Source: Eledone cirrhosa | Taxonomy: Eukaryota | DNA: 64,000 bases | NCBI GenBank assembly: GCA_964016885.1 | Contig: OZ024750.1 | Span: 26,288,001 to 26,352,000, forward strand | Reading direction: 5' to 3' | In this document: positions 1 through 12,436 of the stretch, in pieces | Position numbering within the stretch: position 1 is the stretch's first letter | Layout of the letters: every line of letters starts with the position of its first letter | Notes under the pieces: model-generated | What the model saw: only the letters and a program-made list of their open reading frames with translations | Databases searched by the model: none | What the model was told of the DNA's origin: nothing | Position numbers and translations under genes: made by a program

Positions 1-74
<74 letters not shown>

Positions 75-97
75 CATAATATTTTACCTTTGAACAG

Positions 98-188
98 AAA
101 TACACGGACTACCTTCCGGTTATATAGCGATGCTTTTGTTGGTCCCATTTATATTACTTGTACTTGTGATTGCAGCGGTCATCTACTG
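98..188 (+). CDS. Transmembrane exon of a type I membrane protein (phase 1 to phase 2)
   Basis: Acceptor ttttacctttgaacAG at 96-97 and donor GTATGT at 189. Reads (E)IHGLPSGYIAMLLLVPFILLVLVIAAVIY(W), with a ~20-aa hydrophobic helix. Too short for the ORF track. Confidence 0.75.
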
Positions 189-771
189 GTATGTGATTTC
201 TTGTATCAATACAATTGTTAGAAGTAATTAGTGAATTTCAATCTGTCTGATGTTTAGATTTAGAATCAATAAAATTGTATTTTTCTTTTATAATTGTATA
301 TTGTGTAATTGACCTTCGTATGTTTCAGCGATGAGTTTTCAATATGATAACTTATTTTCCCAGTTGTTCGGTGAATATTAATGACCACGTATAATATTAA
401 ATGTACTAATTGCAGTCGTTTGACTAATTATTGCCTCATAATTTGAGCAGGACATTTAAAAAATTTCTTTTTCACACAAACATAGTAATTGTGTTTGATA
501 GGCTAAAACAAGCTTTGCCTTGATGTTATTTCAATAGAGATACATCAGGCATAAAGTTGGAAACTGTAAAGTATTACATCATGTTCTCAATATTGTGAAT
601 TTCCTATATATTTCATATTAGTATTTTATTGTTTTGACTAGAAATATTTTGATTAGCTAATTACATTTTCTATAGCCCAAGCAATATCAAGTTTATTTTT
701 TATACCGTTACAAGTACAAAATGTCACGAGTCATAGGCATACTTATTGAAACAGTTTATAATTGAGTCTAA

Positions 772-1361
772 TATGTTAGAATCTTTTAAAAATATCCTTT
801 AAAAAATACTCGTACGAATTAAATACAAAATTTTCAGTCGAAAACAAAAGCAAATTACTTCAAATTATATAATTTTGAAAAATAGATGTGAATGTTCTCA
901 AAGACTTGATCTCAGTCGAATAATCTTATTTTAATTTTTATTCTATATTTTACTGTTAGCTGTTGCCATATTTTAAGTGGATAGACAATTCTACAATTCA
1001 AACTGTAAAGTCAAAATATAAAAGATACAAAATGTGAAGGATTTCTTACCTTTCTCTGGAATCTCAAACTCAAGGGAAAAATAGTACCTTGCAAAATAGA
1101 GTGCTTCGATCACAAACTTAGTTGCAAAGAATAAATTGAGATGCTTGGTGACAGTGAGCAAGAAAAATATGTATCCCTTATATATATATACATAGATAGA
1201 TACACACGCACACACGCACACACACATACACTCACACACAAACTTGTGTGTGTGTGTGTGCCTTGTTTTTGGTACAGAAAGAATTTTTGTCTCCAGTTTA
1301 TATTTCCGTATTGCCGGGTCAAAGGCCACTGTTCTGTTCAACAACGTAAAATAACGCCATA
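772..1361. repeat. Local duplicated segment, copy A (copy B at 21646-22250)
   Basis: Colinear matches: tatgttagaatcttt, actcgtacgaatt, gatctcagtcga, ctgttagctgttgccatatttt, gtggatagacaattctacaattcaaactg, ttttggtacagaaagaatt. Confidence 0.85.
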
Positions 1362-1368
1362 CAGACAC

Positions 1369-1431
<63 letters not shown>

Positions 1432-1437
<6 letters not shown>

Positions 1438-1783
1438 AATAATGATGGCTGCGTGTTGCAAATGGTGGTGCATATGAAAAAGTAAGTCCTTCATCAGTGA
1501 CCCTCCAACCGTCCCAGGCATTTCATCGCTTTAAGGGCCATATGCCTCAGGTTGGTGCGAACAACGGCTAAAAAAAGTCGTTGGGACACGTAAACAAAGG
1601 GGACGCCAGGGTAACAAACAAAAAGGTTTAAGCAACGGAAAGTGAGAAGAAAGAGACAAGTCCCAGATCTCTATGAATATAAACTCGGTGAAATCGTGAA
1701 CAAGAGACAAAAGACCATCAAACCTGGTTGAAATGTGAGCAAGGAAAGAATTTCGCACAGGTATAACGGGGAGGGGGGGGGGA

Positions 1784-1818
<35 letters not shown>

Positions 1819-2786
1819 AGAAGAAGAAGAAGAAGAAGAAGAAGAAGAAGAAGAAGAAGAAGAAGAAGAAGAAGAAGATAAATGGGTCTGGTCTACGAAT
1901 TCGGTAAACATAAATTTTGTGAAGTCGCAGACGAAAGAGAGAGAGAGAAAAAAAAAAAATAGCCGTTGTTCGCACCAACCTGAGGCATATGGCCCTTAAA
2001 GCGATGAAATGCCTGGGACGGTTGGAGGGTCACTGATGAAGGACTTACTTTTTCATATGCACCACCATTTGCAACACGCAGCCATCATTATTATCATATT
2101 TACACATAATTTTTCTTCTGCTGCCACTCGTCTGTTTCGCTCTGTGTACCTTTTAACCTTTCTCGTTCTTTGTACCTTTTACCCTTTCTAGCAGTCTCTC
2201 TCTCTGTTAGCCTCCTCCTCAACTTTCACTCACTCATTCTCTGTCACTACCTCTCCTCCTCCTCTTTCCTCCTCCTCCTTCAAGTTTGACCTGTGTGTAA
2301 TTCTTTTCTCGCGCGGTCTTGACCAAGCTGGTATGGAATTTTTTTTTTTTTTTTTTTTCTCTCTCTCTTTCGTCTGCGACTTCACAAAACTTATGTTTAC
2401 CGAATTCGTAGACCAGACACCTTTATCTTCTTCTTCTTCTTCTTCTTCTTCTTCTTCTTCTTCTTCTACTTCCTCTTCTTCTTTTCTCCCCCCCCCCCGT
2501 TAGACCTGTGCGAAATTCTTTCCTTGCTCACATTTCAACCAGGTTTGATGGTCTTTTGTCTCTTGGTCACGATTTCACCGAGTTTATATTCATAGAGATC
2601 TGGGACTTGTCTATTTCTTCTCACTTTCCGTTGCTTAAACCTTTTTGTTTGTTACCCTGGCGTCCCCTTTGTTTACGTGTCCCAACGACTTTTTTTAGCC
2701 GTTGTTCGCACCAACCTGAGGCATATGGCCCTTAAAGCGATGAAATGCCTGGGACGGTTGGAGGGTCACTGATGAAGTACTTACTT

Positions 2787-2792
<6 letters not shown>
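1432..2792 (+). mobile_element. Non-coding PLE-like pseudo-LTR array: inverted unit followed by partial tandem units, inserted in (TA)n
   Basis: 1432-1570 is the reverse complement of 1960-2098, and ~1470-1960 is the reverse complement of ~2350-2792. Carries CTGATGAAGGAC. (TA)n on both sides. Related copies at 50029-51090 (-). Confidence 0.65.
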
Positions 2793-2831
<39 letters not shown>

Positions 2832-3150
2832 CACGTATATATATATATATATATATATGTAGTGATAGAACACTGGAAGGTAATATCCTTAGTGGTTGAG
2901 CACTCTGTCCATGGGACGAGTTAGGTAGAAGTCGTTACACAACACTTAGTTCACCATACCGAGAACAATTGTCACACCTTAGCGGATCCTCAGCTCGTAA
3001 TTAATATCGTTATACGTAAAAGGAAGGACAACCGTACGAACGCGCATGCGCAGAAACGATCACTTCACACAGGCAATACTAAATTGCGTGTGAGAGGTGT
3101 GAGGGAGATAACTGCGAAACACCCTAGCACCTTTCAAACTCAACTTAGAA

Positions 3151-4536
3151 ATGAGAGTAAGAAATTTAGGTCTTCTAATATCATTTTCATTCTTTCCGAC
3201 AAAACTAATAATATTTACGAAGTCCAAAACACCACTTTCCGCCACTTGGCCCATAACACTATTACTTCCAAAAGCTAACCCTATGGCCTACCACGACATT
3301 AATACAGAAACCAAAGAACTTGCCGCCGCCCTTAACGTAGATAAGAAGCTACAATCTCTAGCTAAGCGGGAAGCGTTCCTCATCCTGAAAGATCACAAGG
3401 TAGACTTTACTTCTAACCCCACAATAAACCTGGCACGCACAGATATGGGACTAGTCAGTAAGGCCATACTTAGAAAAATAGTTAAGACCATTTGGACCAA
3501 GTCCAACCTGTCCCAGGGGGAGAACAGCGACTCCGTAATTAAGTGGTTTAACTCCTTCAAATACAAAAAAGCGAAGTTCACACAGTTTGACATTGTTTAT
3601 TTTTACCCGTCGATCTCAGAGACCCTGCTAAACAAAGCGTTGGACTTTGCTACCACTTACACTACCGTCGATGTTTTCGACAGGGAAATCATCGCTCACT
3701 GCCGGAAAACCCTCCTCTTCAACAACGGATTAGCCTGGTCAAAGAAGTCAACAACTTCAGCCTCTAATAAGGCTATCCTTGACAGGGCGGCACGCTATTA
3801 TAACACGGCGTTATCTAAGAGCGGCTTCTCGCAACCTATCACTTACTCTCCCACTAACAACAACAGCAATAAGAAAAGAAAGCGTAACAATAGACAAACT
3901 ATCTGGTTCTCTCCTCCCTTCTCACTCAACGTTGAAACCAATGTAGGCAAAAAATGTCTAGCCCTCTTAGATAGACATTTTCCCATAGGTCATAAATACT
4001 GCTCCATCTTTAACCGACACAAAGTAAAACTAGGATACTCCTGCGCTAAGAACAACAAGGCCCACATCACCAACAGCCCTAAGAGAAACACCCTACCAGG
4101 GTGCTCTTGCCGTAAACCCGACGCTTGTCCCCTTCAACAGCAATCCAACACACCCGCTGTGGTCACTTCCAACCGACCAAATCAACCACAGGAGGTCAAA
4201 TCCTATGTGGGTATGGCGGAGGGCCGATTTAAGGACCGCTTCCTGAACCACAAGTCGACCTTCACGTACCCGGCTAGACGTTCATCCACGAAACTCGCGA
4301 TCCACGTATGGACCCTCAAGGACTCAAGTATAGACAACTCCATTCAATGGAAATCCATCACTAAGTCCAAGCCATACGCAAGGGGCAATCCGTCGTGTGG
4401 ATTATGTATTGATGGACGAATAAATATTCTAAAGAGATTACGCAATAGTGATTGCCTAAACACGAGAAATGAATTCTTCACACATTGTCCACACGTCTGG
4501 AAACACCTCTTCCATAACTACAAATCTCCGGATTGA
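3151..4536 (+). pseudogene. Truncated PLE RT/GIY-YIG endonuclease ORF (RT catalytic core missing)
   Basis: 461-aa ORF. AWSKKS runs straight into the thumb/linker region with no YxDD motif. Confidence 0.8.
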
Positions 4537-4702
4537 ATTCCAACAGCATCCTAATTTTCTTATCAACTACAAAATATCGTACTTTCGCAGTTATCTCCCT
4601 TACACCTCTCGCACGAAATTTAGTATTGCCTGTGAAGTGATCGTTTCTGTGTATGAGCGTTCGAACGGTTGTCCTTCCTGTTCCGTATAACTATGTCCAT
4701 TA

Positions 4703-4740
4703 CGAGCTGATGATCCGTTAAGGTGAAAAAGTTGTTCACA
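4703..4740 (+). ncRNA. Degenerate hammerhead motif in PLE pseudo-LTR (mirror copy 2960-2997, - strand)
   Basis: cgag-CTGATGA-tcc-gttaa-gg-t-GAAA-aagttg-tt. The mirror copy reads cgag-CTGAGGA-tcc-gctaa-gg-t-gtga-caattg-tt-ctcg. Confidence 0.6.
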
Positions 4741-4769
4741 GTATGGTGAACTAACTATTGTGTAACCAC

Positions 4770-4807
<38 letters not shown>

Positions 4808-4824
4808 GTATATATATATATATA

Positions 4825-4998
4825 ACGTAGGAGGTGTGGTACGGAACCAGATGGACCATAATGCACCAGATTACTCAATACTTGGGTAGTAGAGTGGGTA
4901 CTAAGAACATGTATAAGCCGTTTCGACGGCTGTTTCTGGACTCCAGAAATAGCCGTCGAAACGGCTTGAGCACTGCCGTCGGGGTTAAACATTTTCCT
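4825..4998. mobile_element. Mini fold-back derivative of the 45562-47130 PLE family
   Basis: Hairpin aagccgtttcgacggctgtttctgga/tccagaaatagccgtcgaaacggctt. The left part matches 45562-45640. Lies between (TA)n tracts. Confidence 0.65.
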
Positions 4999-5096
4999 AT
5001 ATATATAATTATATATATATATATATATATAAATGAAGAGAGAATGTGGGTAGGACAGAGAGAGAGTAAGAAATGTGTTTGTGTGTTTGGTACCCG

Positions 5097-5142
<46 letters not shown>

Positions 5143-5236
5143 CATCTATCTCTCAAACAGGGGGCTGAATCACACGGCCCCGCCATCTACTTGGTAGAAC
5201 CAATATTTCAGATTCCATTATAACTGGTGAAAATAA

Positions 5237-5450
5237 GGCGGTGAGCTGGTGGAATCGTTAGCACATCTGGCGAAATCCTTAGCGGTACTTCTTCCGTGTT
5301 TACGTTGTTAGTTCATATTCCGCCGATCTCAACTTTGCTTTTCATCCTTTTGGAGTCGATAATCTAAGTACCAGTTGTGAACTGGCATCGATGTAATCGA
5401 CTGGACCCTAAACCCCAAATTTCCTGCCTTGTGTCTATAGTAGAAATAAT
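5237..5450 (+). mobile_element. tRNA-derived SINE (octopus-type, Nin/Deu-like central domain) with target-site duplication
   Basis: ggcggtgagctggtggaatcgttagcac...tttgcttttcatccttttggagtcgataatctaagtaccagt. Flanking direct repeat taactggtgaaaat (5221) / taattggtgaaaat (5453). Confidence 0.85.
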
Positions 5451-5599
5451 TGTAATTGGTGAAAATCATCACCCACCACAACGTTTGGCCCACTGTGCCT
5501 CTCCTACATGACGTAATGGTCGTTTTATGACCTTGAGTTTGAGAGTCCTCTTCTACACTCACACACACTCATATATATGCATCCACTTTACTTTTTTTC

Positions 5600-5813
5600 T
5601 GTCTCTGGACTACGCCCATGCTGTTGAATCACCTTGGTAAGTTATGGGGACGTCAACAAACCAACAAGCATTCGTGGAAGGGCAAACACAAACGCAAAGA
5701 CAGACACAGACATATATATATATATACGACGAGCTTCTGTTAGTTTCGCTCTATCAAATCTCCCCACAGGGTTTGGTCGGCCCGGGCAGTGTGACTGAAC
5801 CCGGAAACATGTG
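5600..5813 (-). mobile_element. Degenerate octopus-type SINE fragment
   Basis: tacgacgagcttctgttagtttc...caaatc...ggtttggtcggcccg...gactgaacccggaaacatgtg resembles, from memory, the reverse strand of an abundant octopus SINE. Confidence 0.55.
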
Positions 5814-5819
5814 TATATC

Positions 5820-5918
5820 GTATTAAATTAACAATGAAAATAAAAACAACAAAGTCAAGTTACTTTATAACTTCGTTGTTTTTAATTTGTTGTTTTTATT
5901 TTCATTGTTAATTTAATA
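5820..5918. repeat. Short AT-rich hairpin
   Basis: tattaaattaacaatgaaaataaaaacaacaaa ... tttgttgtttttattttcattgttaatttaata. Confidence 0.75.
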
Positions 5919-6467
5919 AATAATATCTGACTCTTTATCTAAAGAATTAACTCAGCGAAACACAGAACTTCACTATGGATTTTACGGGATTAGATTGAGT
6001 TTTATCTACGGTAGGGACCCTACTACCAGAGGTAGACCACCCTGAAAAGGAAAAAAAAATTATATATATGTGTGTGTGTGTATTATATATATATATATAT
6101 ATATAAAACTACATACATATGTACATACATTTACCTATGTGTATAACTATACATTTATATATTTGTATGTATGCATGCATTTATGTTTAAGTGTGTGTAT
6201 ATGTGAGTTGATTTAAATAGTTTTGGGTAAGGAGAAAATTTTGCCTCCAGATTTTATTACCTAGGGAGATTAACACAACAGTTGTTCCTCCTCATCAAAC
6301 ACCAACGCCGGCCTGTATCTAGTATACATGTGTATGTATGTATGTATGTATGTATGTATGCATGTATGTATGTATGTATGTATGTATGTATGTATGTATG
6401 TATGTATGTATGTATGTATGTATGTATGTATGTATGCGTGTGTATGTTCGTATGTATGTATAAGTAT

Positions 6468-6866
6468 TTACCCAAACCTTTCATCACCATTGCTTCTTAT
6501 TCTTGCCATTTCTGTTGGTGTTGTTCTTGTAACTGTTGTCATAGTTGTGTAGCCCTTATTTTCATTTTGTTTGATTTCTTTCGTTTTCTTTTTCTTTTAT
6601 GTCGCTAAGGAATTCGTTGACAATCTTCTTTCATTTATTTTCTTCATTTTCTTCATTCAAATGCATCCACACTGGCTGTCTCAGAGACGTACAAATATGG
6701 CTTATAAATTTACCAAATTAAAGAGCCTTCCAGCGCTCCAAAAGCTTCAAACGCCCCCTAACGACCCTTGCTCCCTAACTACCCCTTGCTCCCAAACGCC
6801 CCTCTAAGAGCTCCGAATCGCCCCCGGGAGTTCATATGCCTCCCGTTAAGAATCTTTTGGTTTAGA
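6468..6866. repeat. Dispersed repeat with a hAT-MITE-like end; inverted copy at ~12085-12392
   Basis: acccaaacctttcatcaccattgcttctt...ctggctgtctcagagacgta is the reverse complement of ~12170-12390. The end gggagttcatatgcctcccgttaagaatc resembles 29320-29355. Confidence 0.6.
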
Positions 6867-8197
6867 CAGATAACATATTAGATTGTAAAATAAAAATCAT
6901 CGATTTGGCTGAATACCAAACAATTCCAATGGGGATGTAATTGTTTAAATCTAACGCAGGATAAACACATAATTTGAGCACAATTCAAGGACACATATTT
7001 TAGGGTGAGCTAGATGTAAATATATCAAGTCACTAATCATAGAAAGTTTGTCAGAGACGAAAGAATGGAAGTTAAGTTTCTACTGAATGAGATATAAACT
7101 GTGTATGTGAAAGGATATATGTCATTACAACATGTCATTAAGAAAAGCGCGCTACCGCCTCTTCTAACCAAAACCTTTCGGAAATTAAATAATATCCTAA
7201 TTAGGAAGAAACCAAATGTAATATTTTATTATAGCTTTTCACTACTACATTAGTCCATCTCAAACCCCTCTGGAGATAATTTCCTGTTTAATAACTGTAT
7301 AATTTACTGGAGTTGGGGTTTACTAATTGTATCCCTTTTCTGTTGTTGTTTAGGGTGAGGTCAGTCATAACTAAGGACACCTATCATCAAAAACATTTCA
7401 GTCATCACCATACTAACATTTAGATGCCTTACGAACAACATTATGTGTTTTTGACTGCTTTCTTTAGCAGTTCGAGCAGCTATAAAGAAAGTGTCCGTCC
7501 CCACTTTTAATAAATATGTTAACCATTCAAATAACTTTCTAACAAATAAATACGCAGAACCAATTAGATATACCCAAATCTCAGACATTTGTATCTGTCA
7601 GGTTTTGACTCATACAAGACACTCAAATACATTTACCTCATGCATTATCCTTATTCAATAGATCATGTTATAGACATTATCTCAATAACTATATATTTCC
7701 CAAACCCAGTTAAAATAAAATTTAAAATATGGGATAACACTCAATCTGATGAAGTCTCAGAGCCAAGTAACATCAAATATATTATCCAGAAATTAAATTA
7801 TAAAAGAATATTAACAATTTTTTAAACAGTTACCAATTTGCACCAGCACTGATGCAAAGGCATATTGCGTAAGGCATATTGCCTATAAGAAATATGACTT
7901 ACATGGCCACGATAATATAAACTGGCAAGACATATGTATTGAGAAACCGAACCGATTTGCAATACAAGACTGTTACTTATTCTATCGACTAATCAGTAGC
8001 GGTGAAAATCACATTCGTATCAGAACATAAATGAGTCAAAATAAATGACACAAGAACATATTTTATATTGGTTAAAATAATTATCTTACCTAGGTTAATT
8101 GTTTCAATTATATAAGAATGGACGAATTAGATTGTTCGATGAGAATATCTCTCTGGAAATTATTAATGATACCAGAAGTTGTCTTCTGTTAGAAATA

Positions 8198-8372
8198 AAT
8201 AATTGTTTCTACCTTTGGCACAAGGCCAGCAATTACCTAGTGCATTACTGGTACTTTATTTTATCGACCCCGTACGGATGAAAGGCAAAGTTAACTCCAG
8301 CGGGATTTGAACTCAGATCATAAAGGGCCGTAACTCTTTGCTGCAAAGCATGGGGTCCGACCCTCTACCGAT
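8198..8372 (-). mobile_element. tRNA-derived SINE, 5'-truncated
   Basis: ctggtactttattttatcgacccc...gatgaaaggcaaagtt...cgggatttgaactcaga (B-box on the - strand). Confidence 0.8.
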
Positions 8373-8630
8373 AATGTGCTATAAATATGACTGAATATGA
8401 GATTGTGATCAAGTCGTCATTCCCTCGTCAATTATTTTTATTTTGTTAAGTACAATGTTATTTAATAATTTTTAAATTTTTTTTTGCTGTAATAAAATTA
8501 ATAATTAATTTGTAATTTAAATGTAACATGTTTTTTTTTTTTGTCTTAATCTGAAAAACATAGTTCTCAACACTATATTCTAGTTCTCACTTTTACCACT
8601 CACTTGTTCAAAATATAGCTACTCTCGCAG

Positions 8631-8955
8631 GCATAAACAGGACAAAAAAGGCTTAGGTTACGACAGCGGAAAAGCCAGTGGAAAAGACAGCGGAAAAGAC
8701 AGTGGAAAAGTCGTCGGAAAAGACAGTGGAAAAGACAGTGGAAAAGTCAGCGGAAAAGACAGTGGAAAAGACAGTGGAAAAGACAGTGGAAAAGACAGCG
8801 GAAAAGACAGTGGAAAAGACAAAGGAAAAGACAAAGGAAAATAAAAAAGAAAAGACAAAGGAAAAGAAAAAAGAAAAGAGAGCGGAAATAACAGAGGAGA
8901 AAAATCTGGAGAGATAGGAAATTAGACCACATAAAAGATATTTCTAAAGATACAG
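8631..8955 (+). CDS. Candidate cytoplasmic-tail exon built from a 12-bp coding minisatellite
   Basis: Acceptor ctctcgcAG at 8629-8630 and consensus donor CAG/GTGAGT at 8956. In phase 2, matching the TM exon, it reads (W)HKQDKKGLGYDSGK-(DSGK)n-DKGKDKGK to TAA at 8842-8844. Confidence 0.35.
8662..8890. repeat. 12-bp minisatellite (GACAGYGGAAAA)n
   Basis: About 15 good units that degrade into purine-rich units. Confidence 0.9.
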
Positions 8956-9414
8956 GTGAGTTGGTTGTTTTATTAACTGTTGAATGTCTATACTTAGTTT
9001 AATAAAACTGTAATATTCTCGAAAACCAAAGAAATTTTATACATACATATATATAAAAAAGAGTCAGGACACCGACGGCTGAGCTCCGGACGTTTCGACA
9101 GCTAAATCCGAACTAAGCCACCAGTATTAGAACGTGTCTGTGTGTGTGTGTGTGTGTGTCTGCGTGTCTATGTGTGTGCGTGTATGTTTGTTTATACATT
9201 TATACAAACTAACACACTTTAAAATATTAATAAGAAAATATATGATCACGTGACAACCTGGTTGAGCTTGTTTTGTTTGGGAAGTCTGAATTTCATAATG
9301 GGTGCATTTCGATATATTGGGTCCTACATCTATCTCCCACACACTGTTGACATGAAATATCCATCTGCACAGTGTTATAGCTCAGCTATATTTATATGTA
9401 TCTATATCTCTTCA

Positions 9415-9607
9415 AATAATTGTTTCTACTTTTGGCACAAGGCCAGCAAATAACCAGTACATTACTGGTACTTTATTTTATCGACCTCGTAAGGATGAAA
9501 GGCAAAGTTAACCTCGGCGGGATTTGAACTCAGATCATAAAGAGCCGTAACTCTTTGCTGCAAAGCATGGTATCCCACCATCTACTGATACTGCCAATCC
9601 ACCGCCC
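9415..9607 (-). mobile_element. tRNA-derived SINE with ~19-bp target-site duplication
   Basis: Same family as 8198-8372, with its 5' end at ...tgccaatccaccgcc. Direct repeat ctatatctcttcaaataat at 9402 and 9607. Confidence 0.85.
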
Positions 9608-9694
9608 TATATCTCTTCAAATAATAAACGCAACATATATAACTCGGTTTATCTATTTAGCTGCAGTTGATTTATCCATTTTCTAACTATCTAT

Positions 9695-10225
9695 CTTTCC
9701 TTGAAAGGTCGAGCGGAGGTGGCGAAGACTTACATAGCGAATTTCTGTTTTCCGCTGTATAGTGGCTATGGTAAAAGAGGTTATAAGGTGGACAAGATGG
9801 AGAGGGCTGAGGACAGATGCCTTTCACTCCGGACAACTCATTCCCTTCTTTAGGTACCACTTTAGAAGGAAAATCAGAGTGGAGAGAAAGGCACTGCACC
9901 CCAGTAAATTTACTGGAATGTGGGTGAATGTAGCAAAAGTGGCCCGAGAGATTGGGCCTTCTCTGTATATAAATCTGTAGGTTGAAGAAGAGCGCAAAAG
10001 AAAGAATGGAGCACTTGCACAACACGCTCCTGGAGTTTAGGGTTGTTCAATCTACGGGGTATAAAACAATCCATTTGTAGCGCCTACCCCCTGTTGGGGA
10101 TTTTAATTATTGAATTTGTGAATCTGTTTGTTAAATTTTTTTTTACACTTTCGTATGTAAAATCCCCAGCATATATCCTTGTATTGTCCCCTTTTCTTGT
10201 GCACCATTGTGGCAAATAAAGAAAT
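9695..10225 (+). mobile_element. 3' end of an L1/Tx1-like LINE in an (ATCT)n tract
   Basis: ORF remnant AMVKEVIRWTRWRG...FFRYHFRRKIRVERK...W, a T-rich 3' UTR, then AATAAA directly before (ATCT)n. Confidence 0.45.
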
Positions 10226-12436
10226 CTATCTATCTATCTATCAATCTATCTATCTATCTATCTATCTATCTCTTTACCTATCTATCTACCTATCTACCTA
10301 TCTATCTATATGTCTGTCTTGTTAGTCCGTACGTCCTTCCCTCCATTCGTCCGTCCATCCTTCCCGGCTTTTTAGTGTATTGTTTATTGTCAATTACGTG
10401 CGTTGACGCTGTTAAATTAAATTTACGTAAATTCAAAAAAATTGCAAGGCACACAATGGACCGATTAATCTTATGTCCACTAATAAATGCCGAAATATCT
10501 TACATCTTTACTGTATTTTAAAAAGTAGGAAATATTGGTCGATAGACTACAATAGGCACGCCTAGCTAAAACAACATTATTTTATAATCTTCTCTACGTA
10601 CGCTCACTTCTCAATTTCATTTCCTTCTCTACATTTCTTTTGACTCTCACTTTTCCTCTTTCTTTTTTTGTGACCCATCACGCCTTTCTTAACATCACTC
10701 CCTCTCTTAGATTTTGAGTGACTACTTCATTGGTTGTCTTGCAAACGTGTAACTAACTACTTAGAATAAGCATGATATCTTCAGCTACAACTGTATATAT
10801 CTGTTACTAAATCACATAAGAGAGACGAAATGTGAACTGTTATTAGTGAGATAAAATCTCTTGTGGTACTACCATTTGAAATAGTATAACTGTTTATACA
10901 TTTTTGTGGGTTGCTCAGATGTCTAGCCACCCTATATAAAGACCCGAATGTTATTGAACATGATTGTACATTTTTGGACAAAGGTTTCAGTGTGAGAATA
11001 ACATGATAGCTTGCCGTGTTCCTTTCAGGATCATCTTCTAATTCCACTGACTTCATAGTTCCAATGACTTTCAAGGAGGGCAAAGATAAAATATCTCCCA
11101 TTGGAAACTTTTAGCTAGACAAAGCAGAACTATAGAATGTACGTCAACTTTTGGAAGACTACATTTTCTATTAGGGCTTACTTTTGACTCATGTTTTCTT
11201 TTAATCATTACAGGCTTTCGATAGAAGAATGTAGACGACTACAGTTTTCCGGCTGGATGAGCTACAGATATCAAAGGAAGAGTTACTTGCAACTCTAATG
11301 TGTCGCATTTCTCTTTCTATGTTTATAATATTAATAATTGAAACTATCAATATTTTAAATCCATTAAACAATAAAAAAAAGTTGAGGATCAGATTCTCAC
11401 ATTTTTTTTTTCCTTAAATGATTGTCAAAATCAAAGAGAAATTCCCACATGACACTCTCGTCTGAATTTCTTGTTTGATGCTCAAGTTGAACATCTGTAA
11501 ATCATTGTTAAAAACATGAGCCGGGATATAAAAACTAGGTGGGCATTGTTCTGGACAGGAGACATTATGGGGAAAGAACAATATTAATAAGAAAAAATAT
11601 GAGAGTTGGCTAGGATACGATGAATACGCATGAGGTGAAAAGGTTATGCAAATATCTAGAGCAGAACAACAGATCATTATACTAGTGATGTAAATAGAAA
11701 GAAGAATAACAGACGGCATGTCTATGAATGTCCTTTCTGATTTGTTTAATAATGATTGTGTGTATCAGCAGCAATGTTGTGGAGATTTGAGCTGTAGTAT
11801 AATGTGGGTTTAAGTTGAACCTAGTAGAGTGTTAGAAATTGAGTGGGATTGATGTATTTTCTGGCTCTATATATGGAATTTAATGTGTGTGAAACAATTT
11901 ATTCCTGTGTTATTTTTTAGGTTTCATCAAATGTTCCAATATTTGTATCAATGTTGAAAGTCTTAAGTGTATGTTAATCATAATTAGAGAGTACAAGGTA
12001 CGACATTATGTAACAGATGTATGTAGTGACAGAATTGTTTTTTTGGGGGGAGAACGTTATCCTCTTCATATTGACAGATGTTCCCAGCGTTTTGGAGCAA
12101 GGGGGCGTGGGGAGAGGTGTTTGAAGATTTGGGGGCGCTAGGTTATTTACTTAGGTAAATTTTATAAGCCATATTTCTACGTCTCTGAGACAGCCAGTCA
12201 GAATGCATTTGAATAAAGAAAACTAAGAAAATAAATAAAAGAAGCTTGTCAACCAATTCCCCAGGGAGATAAATGAAAAACGAAAGAAATCAAAGAAAAT
12301 GAAAATAAGGACAACGACAACTTTTACAACAGTTACAAGAACAACAGAATCGACAAGAAAAAGAAGCAATGGTGATGAAAGGTTTGGGTGTATACATATA
12401 CATACATAGAATCATACAAACACATGCATACATACA

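Larger units (their letters stand above)
2860..4773 (+). mobile_element. Penelope-like element (Naiad-like), internally deleted, with 5' inverted pseudo-LTR
   Basis: ORF 3151-4536 has the RT motif QFDIVYFYPSI fused directly to the linker (TIWFSPPFS), CSC..CPL, GIY-YIG SYVG..RF..H, CGLC and C-terminal LNTRNEFFTHCPH. 2928-3118 is an inverted copy of 4583-4773. Flanked by (TA)n. Confidence 0.9.

Noticed and set aside
8662-8890. CRISPR-like array
   Set aside because: 12-bp head-to-tail minisatellite with no unique spacers, in a eukaryotic context with no cas genes.
10781-11101. 106-aa non-repetitive ORF on the - strand
   Set aside because: No recognisable domain or convincing splice sites, and there are upstream stops.
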